A DNA stretch of 64,000 nt from Candidatus Babeliales bacterium (GTDB taxonomy: Bacteria > Babelota > Babeliae > Babelales > Vermiphilaceae): the NCBI GenBank assembly GCA_963743635.1, contig CAVUQO010000002.1:288001-352000 (forward strand), in the 5' to 3' direction. The number at the start of each line of letters is the position of its first letter. Within the stretch, counting starts at the first letter, position 1. The translations under genes and the position numbers were made by a program. Below the pieces are notes generated by a model. That model worked only from the letters and a program-made list of their open reading frames with translations. It did not search any database and was not told where the DNA came from. Of this stretch, positions 33,147-43,609 are shown in pieces.

Positions 33147-33623
33147 CTATTGGTTTGATGAAAAATAATTAATCCAGCTTTGTACGTAGGCTATGGTGCG
33201 CGTAGTAAGAGTGGGCGTTTCTTGAACGGGAACGCTTGGTGCTTTTGTGACATCATTGTTCGCTTGTTCCCACTGTCTCAAAGTTCCAGGATTCCAGCTG
33301 ATCAATTGGCGTGCAGTGTTGAAACTATCCTGAAATTTTAATTGCTCTCGTTGATAGATATTTCTTGCGAGAGCGTGACATCTTTCTTGTTCCTCTTCAC
33401 TCATATGCTGACTGGATTCGTTTTCGTTAACATCCAAGGGTTCAGGAGGAACCGCCATCTGGCGTGCTGTATTAAAACTCATCGATGCGGGAAGATGCCC
33501 AATTGCAACTCGTTCACCTTGCGCATTTGTGCGGAACATTACTACTGAACTGAGACCAGATCTATCCATTGCGTGCAGGTGATGCGCTGCTATGAGCAAT
33601 ATGGTACATAATAGTTTTTTCAT
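33147..33623 (-). CDS. Secreted hypothetical protein
   Basis: Signal ..HLHA|MD; SFNTARQ occurs twice. Confidence 0.78.
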   Translation of the reverse strand: MKKLLCTILLIAAHHLHAMDRSGLSSVVMFRTNAQGERVAIGHLPASMSFNTARQMAVPPEPLDVNENESSQHMSEEEQERCHALARNIYQREQLKFQDSFNTARQLISWNPGTLRQWEQANNDVTKAPSVPVQETPTLTTRTIAYVQSWINYFSSNQ

Positions 33624-33710
33624 ACGATTTCCTTCTCATATGGTGATTGATAATTCTTCTTTCGTTTGCCCTGAGTATTTCGAGCCGACAGCGAGAAATG
33701 TGTCGAAGGG

Positions 33711-34625
33711 TTACTCAATTGAACCATAGTGAGCCACGCGTTTATCAGCATTCGCTTCATGCCAAAATGCTGCGTAACGATCTTGAGCACCGGGTTTGCT
33801 TGGTGAAAAATGCCAGTATTCATTGTGATAATTAGTGAGTCCTGCGAGTGCAGCAGCCATTTGCAAATAGAGGCGGTTACGTTTTTGAGTATCGGAAATA
33901 TCTTCTGAATAGGTTGGCACTGATGGATTTGCTCCCCAAATCACGCCAAATTTCCCAAGATCAAGATACTCTTTTTTCTTTTCATTCCATAAACGAAAAT
34001 CGATTGCTGCTCCGGTAGAATGCACGGGCACATTATTCTTAACCGGTGAAACCCATTTTGATGTTTCAGCGTCTGCTTGTTCGTCTGTCATTCCCATATT
34101 GGCCGCCATAATTTCAGCCTTTTTGTTATTGAAGAGCATCTCTTGCGTTTTTAAATCGCGCAATCCTTCAAATACTTTAATGGAAACTTCCGCAGGTTCA
34201 TAGCCAAAATGGGGCGATAATGTATCGAGATTTGGAATCATTGCCGCTACGGATGCATACACCGTTTTACGTACTTTCGATGCACTTGGTAATCCAGAGT
34301 TGCATGCATCGCTTTCAAAGGGGGTTGCAGGATCCGGCATCATCGTAATGCGTGGATTGTGGATTTCTCGTACGTCTACGAGTGATTCATGATTTTCTAC
34401 TATGGGTATGCTTCTTACGTCAGGGTGGGCGATGGCCGGAGCTTCACCGCGTGCAAATGCAGCTTGTTGGCGTTTAATAATTTCCAAGGCAGGGTATTGC
34501 TCAAAAAGAGGTTGATATTTTTGGAATAGTTCCGGCCAAGACATTGCTAGTGCATCAGAGTGCGTTGCCATAACGAGTGCTAAAAGAGCTATTTTTTTCA
34601 TGGTTAATTCAGTTGTTCTTATCAT
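33711..34625 (-). CDS. D-Ala-D-Ala dipeptidase-like M15 peptidase (VanX/DdpX family), signal peptide
   Basis: VFEGLR, HSTGAAID, EYWHF. Confidence 0.88.
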   Translation of the reverse strand: MIRTTELTMKKIALLALVMATHSDALAMSWPELFQKYQPLFEQYPALEIIKRQQAAFARGEAPAIAHPDVRSIPIVENHESLVDVREIHNPRITMMPDPATPFESDACNSGLPSASKVRKTVYASVAAMIPNLDTLSPHFGYEPAEVSIKVFEGLRDLKTQEMLFNNKKAEIMAANMGMTDEQADAETSKWVSPVKNNVPVHSTGAAIDFRLWNEKKKEYLDLGKFGVIWGANPSVPTYSEDISDTQKRNRLYLQMAAALAGLTNYHNEYWHFSPSKPGAQDRYAAFWHEANADKRVAHYGSIE

Positions 34626-34665
34626 AGTAATTCCTTATGTTTGGAGTTTTTCGTGGTTTTAATTG

Positions 34666-35427
34666 CTATCGATTTATGCCATGAAGGCGTAGAGTTTGAA
34701 TCATTCTTTGTTTTTGTTCTTCATTCCAGTCAGTGCTCTGCACAATATTGGTTTCGATAATCTGTTGCTCCCCATTTGAAAGCTCTGGAACCTCATGCAA
34801 CATCTCTTCCAGCAGCTCTGGATACGAAGCATGGTTGGTACGACATACACCTAAACGATGCACAAAATTTCCATGCCGCATTAAGGTGCGTATTATTGCA
34901 ATATCGCACCAATTGACTGCTGCCTGAAATGCATGTTCACTGACGGGATGTCCCGCCTCTAAAAGCACGTCTATTGTGTCGCTGATTTGTAATGGATCGC
35001 CATTATGCTTGCTGGCAGCAAATGCTGCATCTATTAGAAGATCTTTTTGCTCGCCGAAGCATATTTCAAGATCATAACGAGCGCCTGCCTTAAGCAACAC
35101 TCTTGCTACCTCTGCGTGAAAATTACGCACCGCAAGGCCAAGTGCCGTACTTCGAAAGCCAAAGGATTGATATGTTGCATCAACTGATGCATCGGCAATA
35201 ATCAACGCTTGCGTTATATCCGCATGGCCCAGATAGGCAGCCCTATGTAATGGTGTCCGACCATATGTATCTTTGGTATTAACTAAACTTGGAAATTGCC
35301 TGATGAAGTCATACACATCCCGCGTATTTGCATTGTGTGCCTCTATAAGATTATGCAAAGGTCCAGCGCATAGGTTGCCTGTACTGAGCATGAGAAGAAG
35401 CGTATATAGAGATTGTATTCCTTTCAT
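34666..35427 (-). CDS. Secreted ankyrin-repeat protein
   Basis: GRTPLHRAAYLGHADI..LI, STALGLAV..LLKAGA. Confidence 0.9.
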   Translation of the reverse strand: MKGIQSLYTLLLMLSTGNLCAGPLHNLIEAHNANTRDVYDFIRQFPSLVNTKDTYGRTPLHRAAYLGHADITQALIIADASVDATYQSFGFRSTALGLAVRNFHAEVARVLLKAGARYDLEICFGEQKDLLIDAAFAASKHNGDPLQISDTIDVLLEAGHPVSEHAFQAAVNWCDIAIIRTLMRHGNFVHRLGVCRTNHASYPELLEEMLHEVPELSNGEQQIIETNIVQSTDWNEEQKQRMIQTLRLHGINR

Positions 35428-35626
35428 ATGAATCTTTCAGGTAAAAAGTGATATTTTCTATCATTATAGTATAGGTAAAACGCCTTTAAGTATGCTAGCA
35501 ATGGACGAAAAAGTCCATTAAGCCTGCATTTCAGTGTGAGGTTAACTCTAGAAAAGGAGAGGGGGTTGTGATACTCTAAGGGATATAAAAGCCTATATTA
35601 ACAACCTATTTTAGGGGGCAACCCTG

Positions 35627-36211
35627 ATGAATTACACTAAATACTTAGCATTATCGTTAATTGCACTTTTAAGCTCGGCGCCGGTATCTGCTCGGCGGGG
35701 AGAATCTGCTGAAGAAAAAAAAGCTTCTCGAGAGAGACAGGCGAGCCATACGTCATTCTATAGTGCAGACCTGCGACACATTATCGAAAACGGAAGCAAC
35801 GGATTTTATGTTCACACTTTTGTTGCATCTCGCTCTTTTTCCTCTGATGAGCCGCGCGCTATGAGCAATAATAACGTTGCCAACGGGCAAAACACTCGCG
35901 CAGCGGCACGCAACGAATCTCGGCTCGTTCCTCGCATTATTCACCACTTTGTGGAATTAACTCCCCATCCTGTCACTGGTGACGTTCTTACGGTCGAGAC
36001 CAGCACGGTTGTTACCAGCAATGAAGGCAACATTGTCGTTGAACTTCCCGGTGTTTCCGATCCAGAAGAAGCAAAAACAATGATCGGTCATGAAATTATC
36101 CCACCGCGTGTTATCACTGCAAGAAGCGAAGACTGGATCCGTGCTCAAGAAATCATTGAGCTATTGGATAAACCGGCTGTTCAAATGCCAAAAATCGAAG
36201 ACGTAGATTAA
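35627..36211 (+). CDS. Secreted hypothetical protein with SecD-like peptide and IEDVD tail
   Basis: Signal peptide; NIVVELPGVSDPEEAKTMIG; ends PKIEDVD. Confidence 0.78.
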   Translation: MNYTKYLALSLIALLSSAPVSARRGESAEEKKASRERQASHTSFYSADLRHIIENGSNGFYVHTFVASRSFSSDEPRAMSNNNVANGQNTRAAARNESRLVPRIIHHFVELTPHPVTGDVLTVETSTVVTSNEGNIVVELPGVSDPEEAKTMIGHEIIPPRVITARSEDWIRAQEIIELLDKPAVQMPKIEDVD

Positions 36212-36243
36212 AAATTAGAATGGTAACCATTCAGGGGGGCACT

Positions 36244-37281
36244 ATGAAAAAATATATGAGATTTATGCTCAGCTTGATGCTGTGCGCAGGGTTTTTGCAG
36301 CCAACGTTGCAGGCAGTCCCATCCGAAACGTGCGCAAAATGGGTAGCGCGCGGTGCTACACTTATATACTGGAATTTTTTGATGGGCCCAGCATTTGATA
36401 AAGCACTTGGTGCGATGAATTTACGTGTCGCTCGCAGCCATATAGATGAGCGGGCGTGTGATTTACAAGACATCGCTCCCGAATCGTATGCTGAAATTCA
36501 AAATATTTTACGCCAGGAAGGGTTGCCTGGATTAGATGGATATACTATCAAAAAGGCACCTAAAAATTCATCCGGATGCGAATGGGCATATTTTGGGGGT
36601 AAAACTATCATTGCGCCATCGAATGCTTTTGTACCCCGTGACGAACATGAAGAGAGCTATGCATCATCTTCATCGGCCGCAGCGGTTCCTGTCGATAAAG
36701 GTAAGCGGTTTAAAATAGTTGATTGTGAAGAGGCTGCTGCAATATTATCCCATGAAATGGAACATGAACGCAGAAAACATATTGAAAAAAGAGTCTTGAT
36801 CTCAGCAGTAGTGCCCTTAATCGCTCATACAATAGGAAAAGCAATGGCGAGCCCTCAGGTTGCGGGTGCCGTTTACCCAAGCATAGGGCGATCATTATTG
36901 CGTATACCATACGCGCTTGCCATCGTTATGCCGGTCTATTGGTTAGATTTATGGTATTCAAGAAGAACTGAACGAGAAGCAGATGCGATTTTACAACGCA
37001 GTCCAAAGCTTGCCCAGAAGTTTAGTGAGTTTCTTAAAAAAGATTATGCTTCGGTTGATGGAAAATTCGAAGAATCTAAGAGCAGCGTGTGGGATAACGT
37101 TCATAATGGAAATCTCACGAATGTCGGCATTGTAGATAGAGTATTGGCTCCCAATTTGAGTAAGCCTCGTTATATCGCAGCGATCAAAGATATTCATGGC
37201 CTCACTCAGACTCATCCATGGTGCTCAGAGCGTATTGCATATTGTGAAAAATGGGCCAAGGAAAAAGATCAGTCGAAATAA
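36244..37281 (+). CDS. Secreted M48-like zinc metalloprotease (paralog of 14331)
   Basis: HEMEH, EREAD, THP..ERI; PSIGRSLLRIP shared with the 14331 gene. Confidence 0.82.
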   Translation: MKKYMRFMLSLMLCAGFLQPTLQAVPSETCAKWVARGATLIYWNFLMGPAFDKALGAMNLRVARSHIDERACDLQDIAPESYAEIQNILRQEGLPGLDGYTIKKAPKNSSGCEWAYFGGKTIIAPSNAFVPRDEHEESYASSSSAAAVPVDKGKRFKIVDCEEAAAILSHEMEHERRKHIEKRVLISAVVPLIAHTIGKAMASPQVAGAVYPSIGRSLLRIPYALAIVMPVYWLDLWYSRRTEREADAILQRSPKLAQKFSEFLKKDYASVDGKFEESKSSVWDNVHNGNLTNVGIVDRVLAPNLSKPRYIAAIKDIHGLTQTHPWCSERIAYCEKWAKEKDQSK

Positions 37282-37304
37282 TCATTGTTGTTATACAAAA
37301 AATG

Positions 37305-37333
37305 AAAACCCCTCAAATTTTGAGGGGTTTTTT
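37305..37333. terminator. Bidirectional terminator
   Basis: AAAACCCCTCAAATTTTGAGGGGTTTTTT. Confidence 0.85.
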
Positions 37334-37340
37334 ATGGTGT

Positions 37341-37988
37341 TTACTTATGAACCGTAAATCGATCGGGGCAGATGATGCCGCCGGATATGATGAGTGCCAT
37401 TGCTTCTTGTCGGTTGAGTTGCGTGATGGAGATTTTACTCTCAGGAACGATGATGAAAAAGCCGGTGGTGGGGTTGGGAGTTGTCGGTACGAAGACATTG
37501 AAGTATTTGATGTTGGTGTGTGGCGTGAGCGCCTGAGGCATTTCACCGCTCAGAAAACCGATGCTGTAAACGCCTTCGAGCGGAAATTCGAGCATGACTA
37601 CTTGTTTGAAGGTGACCTTATCTTGCGATGAGAATGCACCAACCAATTGTTTGATGCCGCCATAAATAGGGCGCACAAGCGGAAGTCTGAGAATGAACGA
37701 TTCGGCATAATCTATTAAAGTTCGCAAAACAAACACTTGCATGATGGCGCCAATGGCGAGAATGATCGCAATCGCGAGAAGAATTTCATAATGAGGAATT
37801 GTGCTTAAAACCGGTATTTCAAGCGTTTGTAATGGCGCAAGCCACTTTTTTATTTGCCCAAAAGAGAAGTTGAAAATAACGATGGTCAGAATGACGGGTA
37901 AGATCGTGAATAAACCGCTCAGGAATAATGACCAAATCGTGCGAAGAACGCGCATAATGGTTTCATGGATAGGAGTTAGCATACTCAT
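37341..37988 (-). CDS. DUF502 family membrane protein
   Basis: RLPLVRPIYGGIKQL, VFVPTTPNPTTGF, IISGG. Confidence 0.92.
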   Translation of the reverse strand: MSMLTPIHETIMRVLRTIWSLFLSGLFTILPVILTIVIFNFSFGQIKKWLAPLQTLEIPVLSTIPHYEILLAIAIILAIGAIMQVFVLRTLIDYAESFILRLPLVRPIYGGIKQLVGAFSSQDKVTFKQVVMLEFPLEGVYSIGFLSGEMPQALTPHTNIKYFNVFVPTTPNPTTGFFIIVPESKISITQLNRQEAMALIISGGIICPDRFTVHK

Positions 37989-37990
37989 TC

Positions 37991-39328
37991 CTATTGGTTA
38001 AGGACTTTGGAAAGTTTTTGTGATAATGCCGTGCCGATAAAGGTAGCGTGTTCAAGTGTATCATCTTCAATCATGATGCGTAAGAGATTTTCAGTTCCCG
38101 AGTATCTAATGACGCATCTACCGGCATGTAGTTGATTTTCATAGTCACGAATGATGGTCGAAAACGGGGGAGTTGAGAGATCCTTTTTTTCCAATACGGG
38201 GACATTGATGAGTATTTGTGGATAGGGGCTGAAGGTTTTCATAGCCCAATTGCCATTCAGGCATAAGGTTTCGAGTAATCTGAGGGCAATGAAAATGCCA
38301 TCGCCGGTATTAAGATAGTCCCGCACGATAATGTGTCCTGATTGTTCGCCGCCGAGCAGCAAATTATGCGTTTCTAAAGCCAGTGCAACGTGCTTATCAC
38401 CCACATTGGTGCGCAATAATGTTTTTCCGCGTTGTGCGAGAAAATGAGCAAAGCCATGATTACTCATGCTGGTACCGACTACTTGAGGTGTATCTTGGTA
38501 GCGCGGATGATCGAGCAACAATGCGAGGATGGTGTCTCCATTGTGGATGGTGCCATCTGCACCGACGGCTACCACGCGATCTCCATCGCCATCAAACGCA
38601 AATCCCGCGTCAGCGCGATGTCCGACGACTGCCTGCGCCAACAGTTCGGGATGCAATGCGCCGCATCCTTGGTTGATATTGATGCCGTTTGGCGTACCGT
38701 GCAGCATGTGCGTGGTTGCGCCGAGTTGCTGAAAGATGGTTTGTGCGACGGTATGCGTTGCGCCCTGTGCACAATCAAGTACGATCGTTTTTCCCGCAAG
38801 CACATTATGGGGAAAAAGACTCATGATATGCGCGATGTAATCATGCGCTGCAGTGTGATAGAAAAAGCGGGAACCAAGATTGTTATAATCAATCGCAGGT
38901 GGCGTTGCATCATAAAAAAATTGCGTAATCATCTGCTCATCAGCTTCTGAAATTTTGCCATGTTTGCGAATGATTTTGATGCCATTATCGTGATACGGAT
39001 TATGTGATGCGGATATGATAATGCCGCAATCAATATCATCTTGAATGTGCGCAAGCAGACAGACTGCAGGCGTTGGGAGCGTGTGCGCATCACGTAATGT
39101 AACGGGATGTTGCAGCAAACCGCTTTCAAGCGCGCTTAACACCCATGAACATGAAATGCGTGTATCATGCGCAATGATGATGCGCGGGCGATGCGCGTGC
39201 GTTTGCAATGCCCAGCGTGCAATAGCTGCACCGAGTCGTGGTAAATCGTGGAGGGTGAATGGCATGTGGCCGACGCGATTGCGAATCCCATCGGTGCCAA
39301 ATAAATTGCATATCGGTGTGTTTTGCAT
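37991..39328 (-). CDS. glmM: Phosphoglucosamine mutase
   Basis: FGTDGIR, ISASHNPYHDNGIK, FDGDGDR, GGEQSGH, RYSGTE. Confidence 0.95.
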   Translation of the reverse strand: MQNTPICNLFGTDGIRNRVGHMPFTLHDLPRLGAAIARWALQTHAHRPRIIIAHDTRISCSWVLSALESGLLQHPVTLRDAHTLPTPAVCLLAHIQDDIDCGIIISASHNPYHDNGIKIIRKHGKISEADEQMITQFFYDATPPAIDYNNLGSRFFYHTAAHDYIAHIMSLFPHNVLAGKTIVLDCAQGATHTVAQTIFQQLGATTHMLHGTPNGININQGCGALHPELLAQAVVGHRADAGFAFDGDGDRVVAVGADGTIHNGDTILALLLDHPRYQDTPQVVGTSMSNHGFAHFLAQRGKTLLRTNVGDKHVALALETHNLLLGGEQSGHIIVRDYLNTGDGIFIALRLLETLCLNGNWAMKTFSPYPQILINVPVLEKKDLSTPPFSTIIRDYENQLHAGRCVIRYSGTENLLRIMIEDDTLEHATFIGTALSQKLSKVLNQ

Positions 39329-39427
39329 GTCTGATCTGAAGCCCTTATTAGAGTTGTTATGTTATGCACTAAAGGATACATAATTTAGAATAATCTTGAA
39401 ATGAATGGTTTAAATAATTGCATAGAA

Positions 39428-40021
39428 TTATTTGTTACATTTTAGTGAAGGCTTTTCCAAGATACTCAAAATGCTCTCTGATTGTTGTATCCATTGCTGA
39501 GCCATTTCTATCGTTAGTTCATGAACTACTATTGGATTATAATTCGCTGCATATTCATCAAAACTAAAATAATTTTCAGATGGTTCAGGGTCTGAAAAAA
39601 GCCATGGGTAGGTGTAAGATATTTCTAAATAAATTTTGTTATTCCTTGTATAGAGCCATGTTTGTATTTTTGAAGGTGAGGACCATAGCCATAAAGGTTT
39701 ATAATCAATGTCATTATTATTGTTTTGTTCATCAAAGCTAAATGACAGGCTTGCCTGACCTAGCTCTATAGAAGATGGGAGTATCTGTTTGTTAATAAGA
39801 GCATGAGTTAAGATGTTTTTTAACATTTCGAAACACAATCCTACAGCATCTTCAAAGAGTGTTGTTTCGATACCACTATTACAGTAGATTATCGTAACAA
39901 TATCATAGATATGTAATCGTTCTGTTGGTGGATAATAATAGTTATCCTTGTGAGGAAATTCCGGAACCAAAATATCGATGTAGGCATTGTCATTTATTGT
40001 GAATCGAGTGATTGAGATCAT
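39428..40021 (-). CDS. Probable immunity protein
   Basis: Start overlaps the toxin stop (ATGA); AT-rich, acidic/aromatic 197-aa protein. Confidence 0.65.
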   Translation of the reverse strand: MISITRFTINDNAYIDILVPEFPHKDNYYYPPTERLHIYDIVTIIYCNSGIETTLFEDAVGLCFEMLKNILTHALINKQILPSSIELGQASLSFSFDEQNNNNDIDYKPLWLWSSPSKIQTWLYTRNNKIYLEISYTYPWLFSDPEPSENYFSFDEYAANYNPIVVHELTIEMAQQWIQQSESILSILEKPSLKCNK

Positions 40022-40965
40022 AAAATTTTACCTTTTTTGTTTACCAAATTTGCCTTGATTAAAGCCGATTTCATGGCGTCTGTTAATTCTTTCCACGTGC
40101 GAACATGACCGTGAAATAATCCGTTTGCATGGCTATCTAATACGACGAGTTCTCCCTCGCTTATGCCTAATCTTCTACTTGAGCTTTGCGATATTTGTAT
40201 TGAATTATCCAATGCTTGTTGGCCGTTGCGAGGAGCTGGATTTTTTGTTCCTTGGCTATTTGCATGGTGGTAAGGGGCATTTTCATAGGTGCCATGGGGG
40301 TGCTTTTTCTTGTTTGGATCTTCAGGAGGTATGCCAGGGCAATTGTAGATCGGTTCAAGATTTGTGTTTTGAGCTTGGTTTTTTTGCTGATTATTTTTAA
40401 ATAGCTTTAGACCCATTAATCCAAGTACAAAAACCAATGTTTGCATCGCAATGGGGCTTTCCCAAGCGAGAGGAATAGCAAGAGCGGGAGCGAAATTGTG
40501 CACTACAAGTTCATCGTTTGTTATTAAAAAATTGTGAGGTGATTCCAATGAGATATCATAGGCGTGCATTTCCTGCGTGCTATATGTGCATGCAATGCAT
40601 TCAATGGTAGTCCCAGAACTGTTCATAAAATGAGATTCAGTGCCAATATCAGCAGCGGCTATCCATACACCTATTATCGGATCGTATAATTTTTGAGATG
40701 GAGAAGTGTAAAACTGTGTCGTGGGTGTTGTTATCCTATAACTGCCAGCAACTTTTTTAGAAGTTCTTTGTATAATGCGATTTTCGATAAGTCTGCCATC
40801 GGCAAAGGATAAGACTGTATCATCAACATTGAGCTGTTCAATTGGTATCAGTCCCCGAGGTGTTTTGACCAAGGTGCCTTCAATGAGGGCTGAAAAAATC
40901 GGCTGGGTTAATAGTAAGGTTACACTCAATACTACTGCGTAGTATTTGAATACAGTCCTTTTCAT
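40018..40965 (-). CDS. Secreted Hint-domain polymorphic toxin with C-terminal RNase-like domain
   Basis: Signal peptide; Hint ALIEGTLVKTPRGLIPIEQL...HNFLI..VVHN; C-terminal NGQQALDNS..RR..VVLD..FHGHVRTW. Confidence 0.88.
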   Translation of the reverse strand: MKRTVFKYYAVVLSVTLLLTQPIFSALIEGTLVKTPRGLIPIEQLNVDDTVLSFADGRLIENRIIQRTSKKVAGSYRITTPTTQFYTSPSQKLYDPIIGVWIAAADIGTESHFMNSSGTTIECIACTYSTQEMHAYDISLESPHNFLITNDELVVHNFAPALAIPLAWESPIAMQTLVFVLGLMGLKLFKNNQQKNQAQNTNLEPIYNCPGIPPEDPNKKKHPHGTYENAPYHHANSQGTKNPAPRNGQQALDNSIQISQSSSRRLGISEGELVVLDSHANGLFHGHVRTWKELTDAMKSALIKANLVNKKGKIL

Positions 40966-40967
40966 AA

Positions 40968-41432
40968 TTAGGCCTGCTCATCAGAACTCTTGTCCGACGT
41001 AGCCTGAGCTAAAACGGAATTGGTGTGTGGTACACTGATAGAAAGATTTTGCGGGTTATCATTGTATGAAATAAGAATGTTTGATGGTGCATAGTGTACC
41101 ATTTTGATCGCATCTGGTACAAATAACTGTTCATTTTTTACGACACATTGATTGCTTCCGGTATGCAACGTTGAACCATCAACATGGATTGCAAGATTAT
41201 CAAGATCAAGATTGTAAAAATCCTGCAATTTTCCAGCCAATTTGACTTTTACTTTTTCGGGTGCTTGAAATTGCGCTGATTCAGGCACATTGTAAACGCA
41301 CAGCGGCACATCAAGATCATAGGAAATCGTTTGCGATTGACTCCAGATAAACCAAAAGGTGTATCCCATGATGAGTGAAACTGCTTTAAGCGTGAGGTTG
41401 TTTGTGATTATTGTTTTGTTCAGATGCTTCAT
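40968..41432 (-). CDS. YbbR/CdaR-like protein (single domain)
   Basis: NNLTLKAVSLIMGYTFW anchor, DVPL..NVP..PEKVKVKLAG; sits between cdaA and glmM. Confidence 0.8.
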   Translation of the reverse strand: MKHLNKTIITNNLTLKAVSLIMGYTFWFIWSQSQTISYDLDVPLCVYNVPESAQFQAPEKVKVKLAGKLQDFYNLDLDNLAIHVDGSTLHTGSNQCVVKNEQLFVPDAIKMVHYAPSNILISYNDNPQNLSISVPHTNSVLAQATSDKSSDEQA

Positions 41433-42237
41433 AATGAATAGCTCCTGTTTCGTTGAGAGTGATCAATTTTTTTACAAATTTCAGTGCATGATGTGCAGCG
41501 ATATTTTCAAAACGTTTACCGCGCGTGATAATCGTGAAGTTGCGCGTTTTTGGATTAATGCCAAGCGTAATAGCATCAGTTTTTGACGTGAAGAACAGTG
41601 CGTCATGTTGCCATGCGGGAAAATCTGACGTTTCAATCGTTTTCCATAGTTCATCATTGGGTGTTTTCCAGGTGGCGTTTATGCCGCGCAAGGTACCCTG
41701 ATCGTTGAGCCAGATAAACGTAGTGTCATCATACGCGCTGCCGGTGATGAGCATATCGAAGGTGGCGCTGTGCAATTCCGCATTAAAGATAAAAGGGGAG
41801 GTTAAGAAATCTTGGAGGCTATCTTTTCGTTCAATCACGCATATGAGCGATTTATTATTATTTACGGCGACGATACCAGACCGTATAATCTGCTCAAGCC
41901 AATCGGTTGAGGGCGAACGTGCGGGCGTGAGCGAGCGTAATGCAACGAAATTTTTTTGCAGCTGCTCTTGGTGCATCATGAGAAAAAGCATGATGATGGC
42001 AGGGGAGAAGAAGAATAAGACGTTGCTGATTGTTTTAAGCTGAAGGCAGTAGGTCACGAGGCCAATTAAGCAGTAGCTATACCAGTAGACTAATAAATGT
42101 TGGTGACGATCTCTTTTGAGCCACAGCGAGAGCTGATAGAAGAGGGTCGAGAAAAACAGAATTTCAACAATGGCGCGCCAGGTTACAAAATAAGTATAGC
42201 TGTTGAAAAAAGCATTGAGTGTAGAAAATATATTCAT
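41386..42237 (-). CDS. CdaA/DacA-like membrane diadenylate cyclase homolog with degenerate active site
   Basis: Three N-terminal TM helices, LICVIERKDSL..DAC-like fold, operon context. Confidence 0.8.
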   Translation of the reverse strand: MNIFSTLNAFFNSYTYFVTWRAIVEILFFSTLFYQLSLWLKRDRHQHLLVYWYSYCLIGLVTYCLQLKTISNVLFFFSPAIIMLFLMMHQEQLQKNFVALRSLTPARSPSTDWLEQIIRSGIVAVNNNKSLICVIERKDSLQDFLTSPFIFNAELHSATFDMLITGSAYDDTTFIWLNDQGTLRGINATWKTPNDELWKTIETSDFPAWQHDALFFTSKTDAITLGINPKTRNFTIITRGKRFENIAAHHALKFVKKLITLNETGAIHYEASEQNNNHKQPHA

Positions 42238-42270
42238 AGTGTTCCTTTTATAAGGTTATTATTTCCGTTA

Positions 42271-42414
42271 CCCATTCGATACATTTCTCTCCTTCGCCTT
42301 CGCTTTGCTCAGGACTTTGGATCGAAACACTCAGGGCGAACGGGAATTTGATCTCTCCCCGTTCGCCCTGAGTGTTTTTCATGAATGAAGTGAAATGAAA
42401 AATGTATCGAAGGG
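42271..42414. repeat. Inverted REP doublet (REPIN-like)
   Basis: TTCGATACATTT..ACACTCAGGGCGAACGGG / CCCGTTCGCCCTGAGTGT..AAATGTATCGAAGGG. Confidence 0.8.
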
Positions 42415-42504
42415 TAGGGGAAATTGCGTGATTTTCAATATATAAAGTACTCGTTCCTTTGGTAAAGGTGTTGTGCTATGATGTTCTAATCAGTATAGTC
42501 TTAA

Positions 42505-43530
<1,026 letters not shown>

Positions 43531-43609
43531 TCCGAATATTCTTTATTTACGACTCCCAAGTATGCTAGCCTACTTGGGTAAGTAACCTATAAAAAATAAA
43601 GGAGGGGGT

